A stretch of 64,000 nucleotides of DNA from Anolis carolinensis (taxonomy: Eukaryota): positions 64,991,923-65,055,922 of the forward strand of contig NC_085844.1 of NCBI RefSeq assembly GCF_035594765.1. Reading direction: 5' to 3'. A model generated the notes under the pieces. The model had not been told where the DNA came from. It saw only the letters and a program-made list of their open reading frames with translations, and did no database searches. This document shows positions 25,101 through 36,396 of the stretch, piece after piece; the stretch's first letter is position 1; each line of letters begins with the position of its first letter. The position numbers and the translations under genes were made by a program.

Positions 25101-25696
25101 TATTAGTATAGGAACAGCATGCCCGCCAAACAATGTGCTTGTCCCTTACAGTGTGCAACTGTGATTTGTAGAGACAAAGTGCTGGCAAACTCTGTTGACC
25201 TGTCGGAAACTAACCTCAGATGATGGCAGTTTGGCCTTTCTTCTTGACAGATGTTAGGTCCAGACACTCAGAAGTGTATTTAACCACACTGACAGACAGC
25301 AAAGATAGTTGCAAGTAACACTCAAGCATGAAGTAGATGGCTGGGTCTTCTAGTTGACAGCTTGGATAGCATCCAGGGCTGCCTTAAGAAATGATGCGCA
25401 TTCCCCCTCTGGTTCCACCTCGTTTTAATGCCAACTTGCATTACCCGGAAAATATCTTTATGGGAGAAGTCAGAAGGAAATAAATCTATGTCCAAATCTG
25501 CTGCTACTAGATCTCCTTTTAAAAAGTGCCATATGATTTCACTAAAGTTAATTCTAGGGTACAGCTAGGACAAAACTTATGGAGAACTTTCAGCAGAACC
25601 CTCAAATGGTTTCAAGAAGAAGAGTTATAGCGTTTATTGTAATCTGAAAGAGTCTAAATGGTGTCATACTTTGAATGCTGAATTAGGGCTCTAGGA

Positions 25697-26389
25697 GACA
25701 GCTTCTTAAACTGTGGGTTCCAACTACAAGTGAGATCCCCTTAGCTCAATGTTCAGGTCACAAAATTTTTTGCAATAGTAAAATGTTTCTGAACACCACC
25801 TATTTACACAAATTTGTTAGCAACAACATGCAGTGTTTACAATTAATTCTGCAGAAAATGCTTTAGTTGAATTTCACAAAGAGGAAAATCAGCTTGTTTA
25901 TTAATGCTTATTAATAATTAATTAATTAATTAATGCCTTATTAATGCTGACTTATTGTCAGTAAAGGGGCCTCTGGTGGCACAGTGTGTTAAAGCACTGA
26001 GCTGCTGAACTTGCGGACCGAAAGGTCCCAGGTTCAAATCCCAGGAGCAGAATGAGCACCCGCTGTTAGCCCCAGCTCCTGCCAACCTAGGAGTTCGAAA
26101 ACATGCAAATTAATAGGTACCGCTCCGGCAGGAAGGTAAGGGCGCTCCATGCAGTCATGCTGGCCACATGACCTGGAGATGTCTATGGACAACACCAGCT
26201 CTTCGGCTTAGAAATGGAGATAAGCACCAACCCCCAGAGTTGATCACGACTGGACTTAACATCAGGGGAAACATTTACCTTTTATTGTCAGTAAATGTTT
26301 ACTTTTATATCTATTTTATGTATCTGAGATCATTGAAACATTTCTCAGACAAAAAAGGTTCATGGGTGAGAAAGGTTTAAGAAGCTTTG
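25697..26389. mobile_element. hAT-Charlie non-autonomous element hosting a Sauria SINE
   Basis: TIR core AGCTTCTTAAAC / GTTTAAGAAGCT and 8-bp TSD CTCTAGGA / CTCTAAGA. Confidence 0.8.
25966..26281 (+). mobile_element. Sauria SINE, full length
   Basis: A-box-like TGGCACAGTG, B box GGTTCAAATCC and an ACCTTT tail. The 14-bp TSD TTATTGTCAGTAAA lies at 25952-25965 and 26282-26295. Confidence 0.95.
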
Positions 26390-27248
26390 CTCTAAGAGGC
26401 CAAGGTTTTTTCTGATCAATCCATGAAATAATGAAACCATATGGGTAAATTGGGTTGAAATATGGGCCATTTTAAACTGTTACCTATTAGTTATTCCTAG
26501 AGATGAGCAAATAGGAACATCAGACCTTCTTCTCAGCTTCCTCTGGATGAAACATCCAAGCTCCAGTTTATAACTCATCTGGCTTTACTAGCCAGCCATC
26601 TCCTGGTAAGCCAACCGAGGCACAAAACCCCAATTTAATGGACTTTTGTTGAGGGCAAAACCCTCAGAACAGCACCAAGGACACTCTTCACACTCACCTT
26701 CATGTCACATGACATGTAGGGGCAGTTAAAATAGCTAGATAAAATAGTCAGATGACATTTCTGTTGTCCTGATACCTTCTGTGATAATCCGCAGCTTGAA
26801 CAGCAACATTTTTTTTAAAAAAAAACAAACAAACAGATTTACATTGCAGTAAAATAAAACAACAAAAACCCTAAAGGAATATGCATATTAGGTTTTTTGG
26901 ACATTTCTCCACCTTGCTGGAGGGAGAAGAGACCTCCCTGACAGTATAATGAGATTTTGAAATCATTGTTCCTTATTTTAAAAAAGTAGGTATGCTTACA
27001 TGGCTTTCACAGCATGTACCAATTGTAAGAAAAGGCATTGAAAGAATGTGAGTTATTATTAACCAAATACTTGTAATATCAGACAGATTCCCTTTTCCCT
27101 ATCCTTCCTGCTGTCTTCTACATTTGGTACAACTACACTGACCATTTAATGCAGCTTGAAATGAGTTTGAAAGTGTGGTGATTGTTATACAATGCACACT
27201 GTGAAAGAGTTTTAAGGGCTTTAAACCAACACAAGCAAATTGTAGCTA

Positions 27249-27466
27249 GGGTCGTTGTATGTTTTCCGGGCTGTATGGCCATGTTCCAGAAGTATTCTCT
27301 CCTGATGTTTTGCCTACATCTATGGCAGGCATCCTCAGAGGTTGTGAGGTATAGATGTGTCGTAGATGTGGGCAAAACATCAGGAGAGAATACTTCTGGA
27401 TCATGGCCATACAGCCCGGAAAACATACAACCACCCTGTGAACCCGGCCATGAAAGCCTTCGGCAA
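27249..27466. mobile_element. Penelope pLTR mini-insertion with inverted duplication
   Basis: Inverted arms of about 76 bp (27249-27324 and 27361-27436), with a perfect 13-bp TSD CAAATTGTAGCTA at 27236-27248 and 27467-27479. Confidence 0.9.
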
Positions 27467-27810
27467 CAAATTGTAGCTAAACCACATCGCATGAAATTGG
27501 TTATGCAGAATGCAGGTTCCTGTATGAACACTCAAAGCACGCAACTGATCTGCACTTGCACATTCTTCCCAGGGGAATTTAAATATAACTTCATTCTCTG
27601 TGGCTACCAAGCCATGGATCCTATGGATCCTGGAACCAGTTCAAAGGCTGCCTGTATAGTTTGTGTAATCACCGTCCAGAACGTTAACTAGTTTCAGAAT
27701 AACCAATATAATCATCTGCACCCTGCTTTCATTGATGCCGGTTTGAAAGTGACATAAATGGTCAGTGTGGATGTGCCAAGGGACTGTATTAGAAGGTCTT
27801 ATAGATGTCA

Positions 27811-27920
27811 GCCACATGACCTATGGACAATGATGGCTCTTCGGCTTAGAAATGGAGATGAGCACCAACTCCCAGAGTTGGACATGACTAGACTTAATAT
27901 CAGGGGAAAACCTTTACCTA
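27811..27920 (+). mobile_element. Sauria SINE 3' fragment
   Basis: GGCTCTTCGGCTTAGAAATGGAGATGAGCACC...CAGGGGAAAACCTTTACC. Confidence 0.9.
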
Positions 27921-27928
27921 ACCTATAT

Positions 27929-28063
27929 CATTGGTTCTCAACCTGTGGATCCCCAGATGTTTTGGCCTTCAACTCCCAGAAATCCAAACAGCTGCTAAAC
28001 TCGCTGGGATTTTTAGGAGTTGTAGGCCAAAACACCAGGGGACCCACAGGTTGAGAACCACTG
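27929..28063. mobile_element. hAT MITE with SPIN-like TIRs
   Basis: CATTGGTTCTCAACCTGTGG / CCACAGGTTGAGAACCACTG termini; the whole element folds back. TSD ACCTATAT / CTCTATAT. Confidence 0.85.
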
Positions 28064-29129
28064 CTCTATATTTTGAGAGCTCTCACTTCTTTACACTAAT
28101 TTGGAAGAGACCTGTAATCCATATTAGATATGTATTGGCCCAATGAAAAACTTTGCATGGCAAAAGATGGAGATTCCTGTGCACTGTAGCTATGACTTCT
28201 TACATGTCACCACATGATGGATGTTTCATCATACATCTTGGCCATATTTCACTTATTTTTTTTCTCAGGAAAAAATGACAGATAACCACTTCATGTCAAT
28301 ATTGGAAATGAACCAATGAATTTGATTCCCATATTTTATAGATGCTGCTAGAGGCTGCATCTTTTCCCATCGCAAGCAAGCATATATTTAAAGAAGCATA
28401 CCTTTCTATGTTGTTTTCATCCTAAAAATATTGGCATTCTTCCTAGACTAGGGGGCAAATAAATCATTGGATGCACAGGTGCTGTTTGTTTTTTTTAAAA
28501 AACGTGTGTCTCTGAATATATTTTCCAACCTAATCTGCATCTTTTCTGCTTCTTCTATCATCACTGGACACCAGAAACATCCATTTGGCAGTTCTGCTGA
28601 TACTGCCCTGAGCAGAATGTGTCACTGACTAGATTTGAGCTTCTGCTACAGTACAGAGGACTGACAGAGCTAAATTTGGGAGGTGAGGCAGCTGTCATTC
28701 AAAAGAGAGCGAGAGGGATGAAGTGATATGCAAATTGGTCTTCTCTTGTCACTGTCCACTTTAAATATTACTCATTAAAATATATACCTTGCCAAAGGAA
28801 GTTGGAAACTCTTCTTTGGATCCTCCCCACAAGCATTTTAGGTAGTTATTCTTGATTATGAGAATGCTGAAATTATGCATAGCAAAATTATCTTGAATTG
28901 AGGGGAGGGATAAAATTGTTATAGGAAGTGATTCCTATAATTGGGGGTTGGAGACAATTATATATACTTTTCATATGAATGTGAAATACCAGGTTGTATT
29001 GAAGGAATACAACAAAAACAAATGGCGTTTCTCCTATAAAATCCGCACCAAAACCCCGTTTCCATTTTATTGCTTGATTCTTTTTCAGAAGATATAAGAC
29101 TGGAAAACTGGGGCTATTTGAACCACTAA

Positions 29130-29278
29130 GGCTGGATCTACACTATCTTGTGTCCCAGGATCTGATCCCAGATTATCTGCTTTGATCTGGATTATGTAAG
29201 TCTCCACTGCTAGATTATCTCGGATGAGAAGATAATCTGGAATCAGATCCTGGGATATAGGGTAGTGTAGAAGGCGCC
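29130..29278. mobile_element. PIF/Harbinger-type MITE (same family as 19362)
   Basis: CCCAGGATCTGATCCCAGATTATCT / AGATAATCTGGAATCAGATCCTGGG fold-back with TAA/TTA flanks. Confidence 0.8.
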
Positions 29279-29619
29279 TTAGTAAATCAATTGTCCATTA
29301 GCTACATATCCTTGATAGTGGCAGCTCTGATCAGTCAGTTATACACCTACAATTGATGGATGGATAGATGGATGGATAAACAAACAAACTATAGTCAGGT
29401 ATCCAATATATTAGTATAACCCTAAATACATAAGGAGAGGAATATTCTATCCTTGCCCTCTTCATTGTTTCCCTCCACTTTGCTTTTTGAACTCTAGTTC
29501 AACAGTGCACTTTCGACTAGTTCCTTTCATGTGAACATGAAATGTAGACCTAACACAGGGAGACCTCATACATTAAAGTAATCCTATATACTAATGGTGC
29601 TAACACTCTAAAGGTCTCA

Positions 29620-29930
29620 GGACCTCATCACATAGACTTCTAGCTCCATCCTAGGATGCTGTCAAGACAGAATCAGGACAGAGTCAGGACAGATCCGAAT
29701 GGAGCCCTTCACATGACTTAGGGATTCCTCTGGCAGGACTCCATCCTGGCTCCACCTTGGAAGCTTTCTAGGACAGAGCTCTGAGAACATAGGTGGCTAC
29801 CTGTGTTCTCATCACACTACAACTGGGCCAGAGCAAGGGGAAGGCTCCATCCTGGCTCTATCTTGGAAGCATCATAGGATGGAGCCAGAAGTCCATGCAA
29901 TGGGAAAGGTGGTGATATGAGTGATGTCAG
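29620..29930. mobile_element. Fold-back non-autonomous DNA element with an internal repeated GGCTCCATCC unit
   Basis: GACTTCTAGCTCCATCCTAGGATGC at ~29635 is the reverse complement of GCATCATAGGATGGAGCCAGAAGTC at ~29870. Confidence 0.6.
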
Positions 29931-32928
29931 GTGCAAGTTGACAATTTCCCCCACTGCCCCATGGATTTGCCATGCTGTCCGATGAATTCCCTTGCTGTTG
30001 CCCACATTAGGGATCTTAATGCAACAAGGCCCTCAATATTCAAGTCTGTACACATAGCACTATGTTTCCACTTTAAGCTACATCTCATGGAATCCTGGTG
30101 ACTGTAGTTTGGTGATGCATTGGAGCTCTCTGTCTGATAATTCAAATTACCCCTCCTTAAAGTTAAAATCAAATGATAGAGAATGCTGACCCATCACTAC
30201 TACTGAAGTAGCAGTCAGCTATGGGATATGATCAGCTTCTGTACTTAAATGAGAGGATCATTATCTTGTAATTATCCACCTGATGTACCAAATATCTCAA
30301 GTCAAACCAGCACTCGTAACATTTGATACTGTACTTTTGTCAATTGTTTCCCAAAGGCAGCAACAAATATCCTTACAGAAAAGTTAACATGCACAATCCA
30401 TATATATATGACATTTTATTGCTTAATTAAGATGGTGTAATATCAACTTTGTACCATGTTTGCCTTGTCTTTGCTTCCAATGGCTGTGTGTGTTGCTTAC
30501 AAGATACAAATTACAGCCAGGAAAAAGTTAACTAATCTTTTTCAAGGTGAGGAGAGACACCCTACAATGCTCTTGGGGAAAGAGCAGCTGTCTTCCCTCA
30601 GATCAAAAAAATATACCAATGAAAAGTAGACAGGTGGAAGGGATGGTAAAGTGCACTGGAGGATGTACTTTGATATGAGCTATAGGGGAATGATGTATGT
30701 AATCAATCTTGAGATTAAACAGTGAATACTAATGAGCATGAACAGTGTCAGATTAGGGCATTGGGGTTCATTCGGGAAAGACATGGAGAGATGAGGAATT
30801 TTTCTTTAAAAATATAACACAAGAAATGCATGAGAATGATATAGCTGGGAAAGTTTAAATTTTTGTCTTCCAGGTTTTAGAAATTTGAAATTATTAATTC
30901 TGAAATCTGTAGTCCAAAAAGTATCTTTTAAAGCTTTGGTAAAAGCATGTGTAAGAGAGATGCAATGCTATCTAGCTGCATAGCTGTTTCAAAAAGCAGT
31001 CAAGACAAGAAACACTGCCAGATTTTGATCCATAGCTACTGTAACTGCATTCTCAAGGAAGTTTGATATGGAAGTTTGGTATTGGCTGTTGATATGGCTG
31101 TAGTGGTCCATACCAGCAAAGCAGCTCTAGCAATTTCCATCTGAAACAGATCTTTTATAAACCTCCTGTGCCCTATCTACCCATCCAAGACCAAGCTACC
31201 CCAAAACAGTGTACATAATAGTCATAGTGCATTGACAATTAACAACTTTTAAAAGCATACTTCCCATATCCAGAATCCAATGACAAATTCATATTCACTC
31301 CTACAGGCTACTATAGGGTTACAGATGAATTCAGGGTAATTTAGGATGCATTTAGAATGAATGGATTTTGAACCACTTTAACCACCATAGTCCAATGCCA
31401 TGGAATCTGGGAATTAGTAGTTTGGTGAGGCACTACTACTCTTGGGCAGAGAAGCCTTAAGGCCTTGAAAAACTACTACTCCTGTGATTCCATTGAGCAA
31501 TTTGCAGTTAAGGTGATGTCAGACCACATCGATTCTTGAGTAGATTCAAGGAAGAAGTTAGAATTATTGTTCCAAATTTATTGTTTTAAATGCTAGTGCT
31601 TTATTCTGAAAATCTGTAAACTGAAAATCCTGGCCAACTGTATCACTGGATGAGTTACAGCTACATATTTACATATGAGGAGAAGGAGCCACGTTCTTTT
31701 ATTTTTTTTCTTCCAGCCCTGGATTAATCCCAGCTGTGTCATACAAAAATCCTTTCCTTTGGCATAATTATTTTGTGATTTTCAGAGAAAAGAGGAAAAT
31801 TTGTACATCACACATGGGTTCTCTCCTTGAGCGAGGATTCATTTTATAGAAGGCTTCTTTAGTCCTGCAGGAGTGCCACTAGGAAGAACAATATATTGGA
31901 TAATGCTGCTGTCTTATGGGCTTTCCCTTCTTTTATTTATATACTAGTTAAGCTAGTAATGACAGATCAGTGTTTGTATGGATAATGTTTTCCATGAGCT
32001 TCCCTATCCTTCTCTTCCGTGGTTGCTGAGCTGACTACACAAAGTCCAAAGCTTCGCAATGTCAGTGTGTTGTTAATATCTCTACAGTAAACTCTTAAGT
32101 GAATCTGACAGTTGATAGTGATTATTAACCTTGCGCTGAACCAGTAATTAATCCGTTCAAGCTGTAAAGGAGAGAGGGATGGGGTAGGGGAGAATGCAAA
32201 GCAAATTTGCCTGCTGTGGCTCAGTGATTTTGCTGAATCTGAGTGCCCTAATCTGATATTGTTTAAACTCATTAGTATTCCCTGTCTAATCTGGAGATTT
32301 ATTACATACATCATTTCCCTATAGTTCATACACTCATTTGCAATCTCCAAGACATTTTTTTCCTCTTGTACGCACATTTCTGTCTTAGCATAAACGGAAT
32401 ATGCCAATCATGAAAACATGATGTTATTTGCTATCACAAAACATTATTCCATTTGTACCTCCAGACTATTCTCATAGCCAAATAATGTTTGTTGTCATGC
32501 AACAGTACCTGACAAATCAGTTTTCTGCAATGAATTCCTACAAAAGTATATTTTCTAACAGGAAATAAAGATAGAAGGATCTGTTTCTACCCTCTCACAA
32601 CTTGCCTTTGGTTAATGCTTGAAAAGTAAAGTAAAGCACAGACACCAAAGCTCTAGTATGCTATGAACCCTTAATTGAACTCTGCCACAAGAGGAGTCAA
32701 TCATATTCATCAGAAATTGTTATCTTCCTACAACAAAAAGTTAGCATGGACAGTAAACACTGGAATTGTACATAGCCTCTTCTTGCAGTTCCTGTATTAT
32801 ATGCCTGTCTTACCAAGTGAGATAGGGCACCAAATATGAACCAAACACACAAACATGCAACTAGAGTCTGATATACTTCAGTATGTAATGCATATACAAG
32901 TCTGCTTCCATGACTTTGTGTTCAACCT

Positions 32929-33319
32929 TGACTTAGGCGATCCCTCGCTGAGCAATTATGATGGCCTTCCAAGTGCAGCATCCTGGTGATGGATACGTAG
33001 GTGACTGTAGAGCCCTATTCTTGACATGCATGTTGTTCTACAGTGGGGACTGGTTTCTAGGTGGAAGGCCATCCCGGTCAGGGTTGGCTTGATGTGCCTT
33101 CCTCTTGGCACATTTCTCCCTTTTGCCCTCCATTTGTGCCTCTTCAAATTCCACAACACTGCTGGTCACAGCTGACCTCCAACTAGAGCGCTCAAGAGCC
33201 AGGGCTTCCCAGTTCTTGGTGTCAATGCCACAGTTTTTAAGGTTAGCTTTAAACCCATTTTTGAATCTCTCTTCCCGTCCATCAACATTCCATTTTTCAT
33301 TCTTGAGTTGGGAGTATAA
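32929..33319 (-). mobile_element. RTE LINE 3' fragment
   Basis: Minus strand: LYSQLKN...KRFKNGFKANLKNCGIDTKNWEALALERSSWRSAV...PHCRTTCMSRIGLYSHLRIH (C-terminal zinc-finger-like end), followed by GGATCGCCTAAGT. Confidence 0.9.
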
Positions 33320-33321
33320 TA

Positions 33322-33485
33322 CAGTAGAGTCTCACTTATCCAAGCTAAAAGGGCCAGCAGAAGCTTGGATAAACTAATATCTTGGATAATAAGGAGGGAT
33401 TAAGGAAAAGCCTATTAAACATCAAAATAGGTTATGATTTTACAAATTAAGCACCAAAACATCATGTTTTACAACACTTATCGAC
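33322..33485 (+). mobile_element. Tc1/Mariner-superfamily MITE fragment
   Basis: TA followed by a CAGTAGAGTCTCACTTATCCAA terminus. The internal sequence is shared with the fragment at ~8770-8935. Confidence 0.8.
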
Positions 33486-34639
33486 TAAACTTATCTCATT
33501 TATGATGATGATTTTTACTTCCTGTTTATTGATGCAACTCCTGATGGATCCAAGACATAAGCCAGCAGCAGCATGCTTATGACATAACCTCCTCCTTCTC
33601 CTCTCCCACTTCCTATAGGTTAAGGTGGGACACAACAGATTAACCACTTCTTCCCACTGAACAGGTCAAGTATTTAGGAGAATTTGTTTACCATTCAGCT
33701 TAGTCATACTCCAATTGGAAATTATATACATGATTTTCCTACATTCATCATACACCTTTCAATCTATCCATTTTACTCAGGAGTTCTCCATAGATTTCCC
33801 ATCACACAGTTTAGATTTGTCCTTGCCTATTATCCCTCCCCAATTTTCTTTGTGGAAAAAAAACCTCAAGAAAATTTCTGACAGTGAAAGACAGCTGCTA
33901 TTATGGAAAGTTATGTACTATTACAAATATTTAAAATCCCTCAGTCCGTAGCATCTATCCATGGCAGTTGAAGTGCTGTCAAACTGCTGTAATTTGACTG
34001 TGTAGGTGCACTCATATACTTACCTGCCCTGGTTCCCCAAACTATATTAACAGCCAAAAGCTATGTCTAGCAGCAGAAATCGGTTGTACTAGTGATCCTG
34101 TTTGTTAGCCAGACAACCATTTGTTAGAAAGGACTAGAATCCAAATGAATCAGAACCAGGATCACCAGCAGAACAGATCTCTTTCACCCAGTGCAGCTCC
34201 TGGCAATTAAGGGGATGTGAAGAAGGAATAAATAAGCCAAAAGCTTTGAAACATGTTCAAGAGTTTAATTAAAGTTTAGTATACCCCCCAGAGTGCTCTT
34301 CTTGGGAAAGAAGAGTCTGCTTAACAGAGGAACCTGCTCCCATCCCCAATCATGTCCAGTCTAGTGGAAGCTGTTCCGAGGAACTCTGTCCTCCTTCAGT
34401 GAGTGGAACTTCTCTGTGGCCCAAAAGAAGCCTCCATTTGACCCTCCTCTTTCCTTCCCTCCTTAGACCTACATTGGCTCCATCCCTGTTCTGAATTCAG
34501 GTCCTGAAGTTTCTTTCAAACCTCAGCTCTTTCTTTGTATAGCAATCAAACCTCACAGATGCAACCCAATGACAATGGAAAGGCTCAAGTTAAGCAATGT
34601 GCATATTTTTTAAAAGAAAGAGAATGCCTGGAATGGCAC

Positions 34640-35452
34640 TGTTGTGGGATCCAGTCAGGTAGAAGGATTTGAAAAGGGATACAAGGATGAAAGAAGGGAT
34701 AGAGGAGGGGTACAAGGGGTATAAGGAAGGAGGGAAGGTATCAAAGAAAGAAGGGAGGGAAGGGGAATGAAAGAAAGGAGACAAAGAAGAATGAAGGGTT
34801 AGAAGAGGGAAAGAAGAAATAGAAAGGAAAGGAATAGAGAAAGATGGGAGAGAAAGGGGAGGAAGAGGGAAAGAACGCTGTGGAGGGGAAAATAAGGGAC
34901 ATACAGGGGAAAGAAGAAGGAAAGAGACAAAGAAAGAATGGAAGGAAGGAAGAAGATAAAAGAAGGGAAGAAAGGTAGAAAGAAAAAAAGGGTAAAGAGA
35001 AATAATGTATAAAGTATGGGATGTAAGGGGAGAAAGGGAAGAAAATGAGAAAGAAGAGATGGAAGAAGAAATAAAAGGAAGGGAAGGAGAAAAAATTGAA
35101 GAAAGGTGGAAAGAAAGGATGGAAATGAGAAAGAAGGGCGAAAGGAGGGAAGGAAAGGAGAAAGAAGTAGGGAAAAAGAAGAGAAGGGAAGATGGAAAAG
35201 AAAGGAAAGGTGAAAGAAGAGAGGGAAGGGGAAAGGATGGAAAGGTTTGGAATGAGAAAGAAGAGAAGGAAGGGGGAAGGAAAGGGGAAAGAGGGCAAGG
35301 GAAGAAGAAAAATGAGAGAGAAGAGGGAAAGAAAGGAAATGAGAAAGAAAAGAATGAAGGGAAATCGGAGAGAAGAAAAGGGAGAAGGGGAGGAAAAGAT
35401 GAGGAAGAAAAGAAAGGGGAAAGAAGGGAAAGGGGAAAGAAGGGAACAAAAT
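34640..35452. repeat. ~800-bp GA-rich polypurine low-complexity tract
   Basis: Almost exclusively A/G on the plus strand. It explains the spurious E/K/R/G-rich and F/P/S/L-rich ORFs. Confidence 0.9.
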
Positions 35453-36025
35453 GAGGAGATTTCTCTCTCCAGGAGATGAAGCCAATGCCCCCTTCCATAA
35501 CCATTTCATTTTAAAGCAGAGAATAGGGGGAATACATTTATATGACAGAATTGGCCATTTTGCCCATCTCTATGTGGATAATTTACAAAAATGTCACTTG
35601 TCAACCAGCTTAGAAAATGTTTGAAAAGATAACCCTTTAAAACACTTTGAAAATGCCAAGATATCTCTACCCCACATTTAAAGTCTACATCATGTGATGA
35701 ACACAGTAGGTTGACATTTCTTAAGTGGGTGGCTCAGTAGAATTTAACAAATGTGATGAAGTGGTTAGCTAGAGCAACAAATAGACACATAACACAGTTT
35801 AAAACATGGACATGGCTTTAAAATACACTCTTAAAAAGCATAACATCAATTTAAAAAACATACATCGTAAAACAATCAAGTCATAATTTAAAACTCATAA
35901 CTGAAAAATCATCTGGATTGACTTGCCAGAAAAAAAGATCTTTATGTTATTTTAAACTCAGAGCTCATCTACACTGGCAAATAATTCAGTGTAGAAGCAT
36001 GTGGTGTAAAAATAACACCCTAGGC

Positions 36026-36396
36026 CAATGACAGCAAACCTTTTAGAGACTGAGTGCAGAAACTGGGAGGGGGGGCACTCAAGGTGTGATTGCAAGCAGG
36101 GGGGGCAAGCAAGCAAACAAGAGGGTGAGTGGGGGCATGGATAAGTGAAGGTGGGTGAGTAGGTGGGAGGGTGAGTAAGTGGGTGAGTGGGAGTGAGGTG
36201 CTGAGCAGGGGATAGGCAAGCAGGGAAAGCAAGTGGGGGCAGGATAGTGAGCAAGCAGGGAATGAGCAAGCAGGGGGGTGGGATGATGATCGAGCAGGGA
36301 GTAGGTGGGTGAGCAGGAGGTGGGATGGTGAGTTTGCCAGGCGAGAGGGCACTGCATGCTCCTTCTGGCACAAGTTCCATAGGTTCACCACCACTG
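36026..36396. mobile_element. hAT MITE with OposCharlie/OC1-like TIRs and a G-rich minisatellite core
   Basis: Ends CAATGACAGCAAACCT / AGGTTCACCACCACTG and 8-bp TSD CCCTAGGC / CCCGAGGC. Confidence 0.75.

Noticed and set aside
27133-27691. 169-aa and 132-aa ORFs with mirrored peptides
   Set aside because: They are produced by the Penelope inverted duplication.
34590-35509. Long overlapping ORFs (304, 236, 185 and 149 aa)
   Set aside because: They are artefacts of the GA-rich low-complexity tract, which lacks stop codons, and contain no domain.
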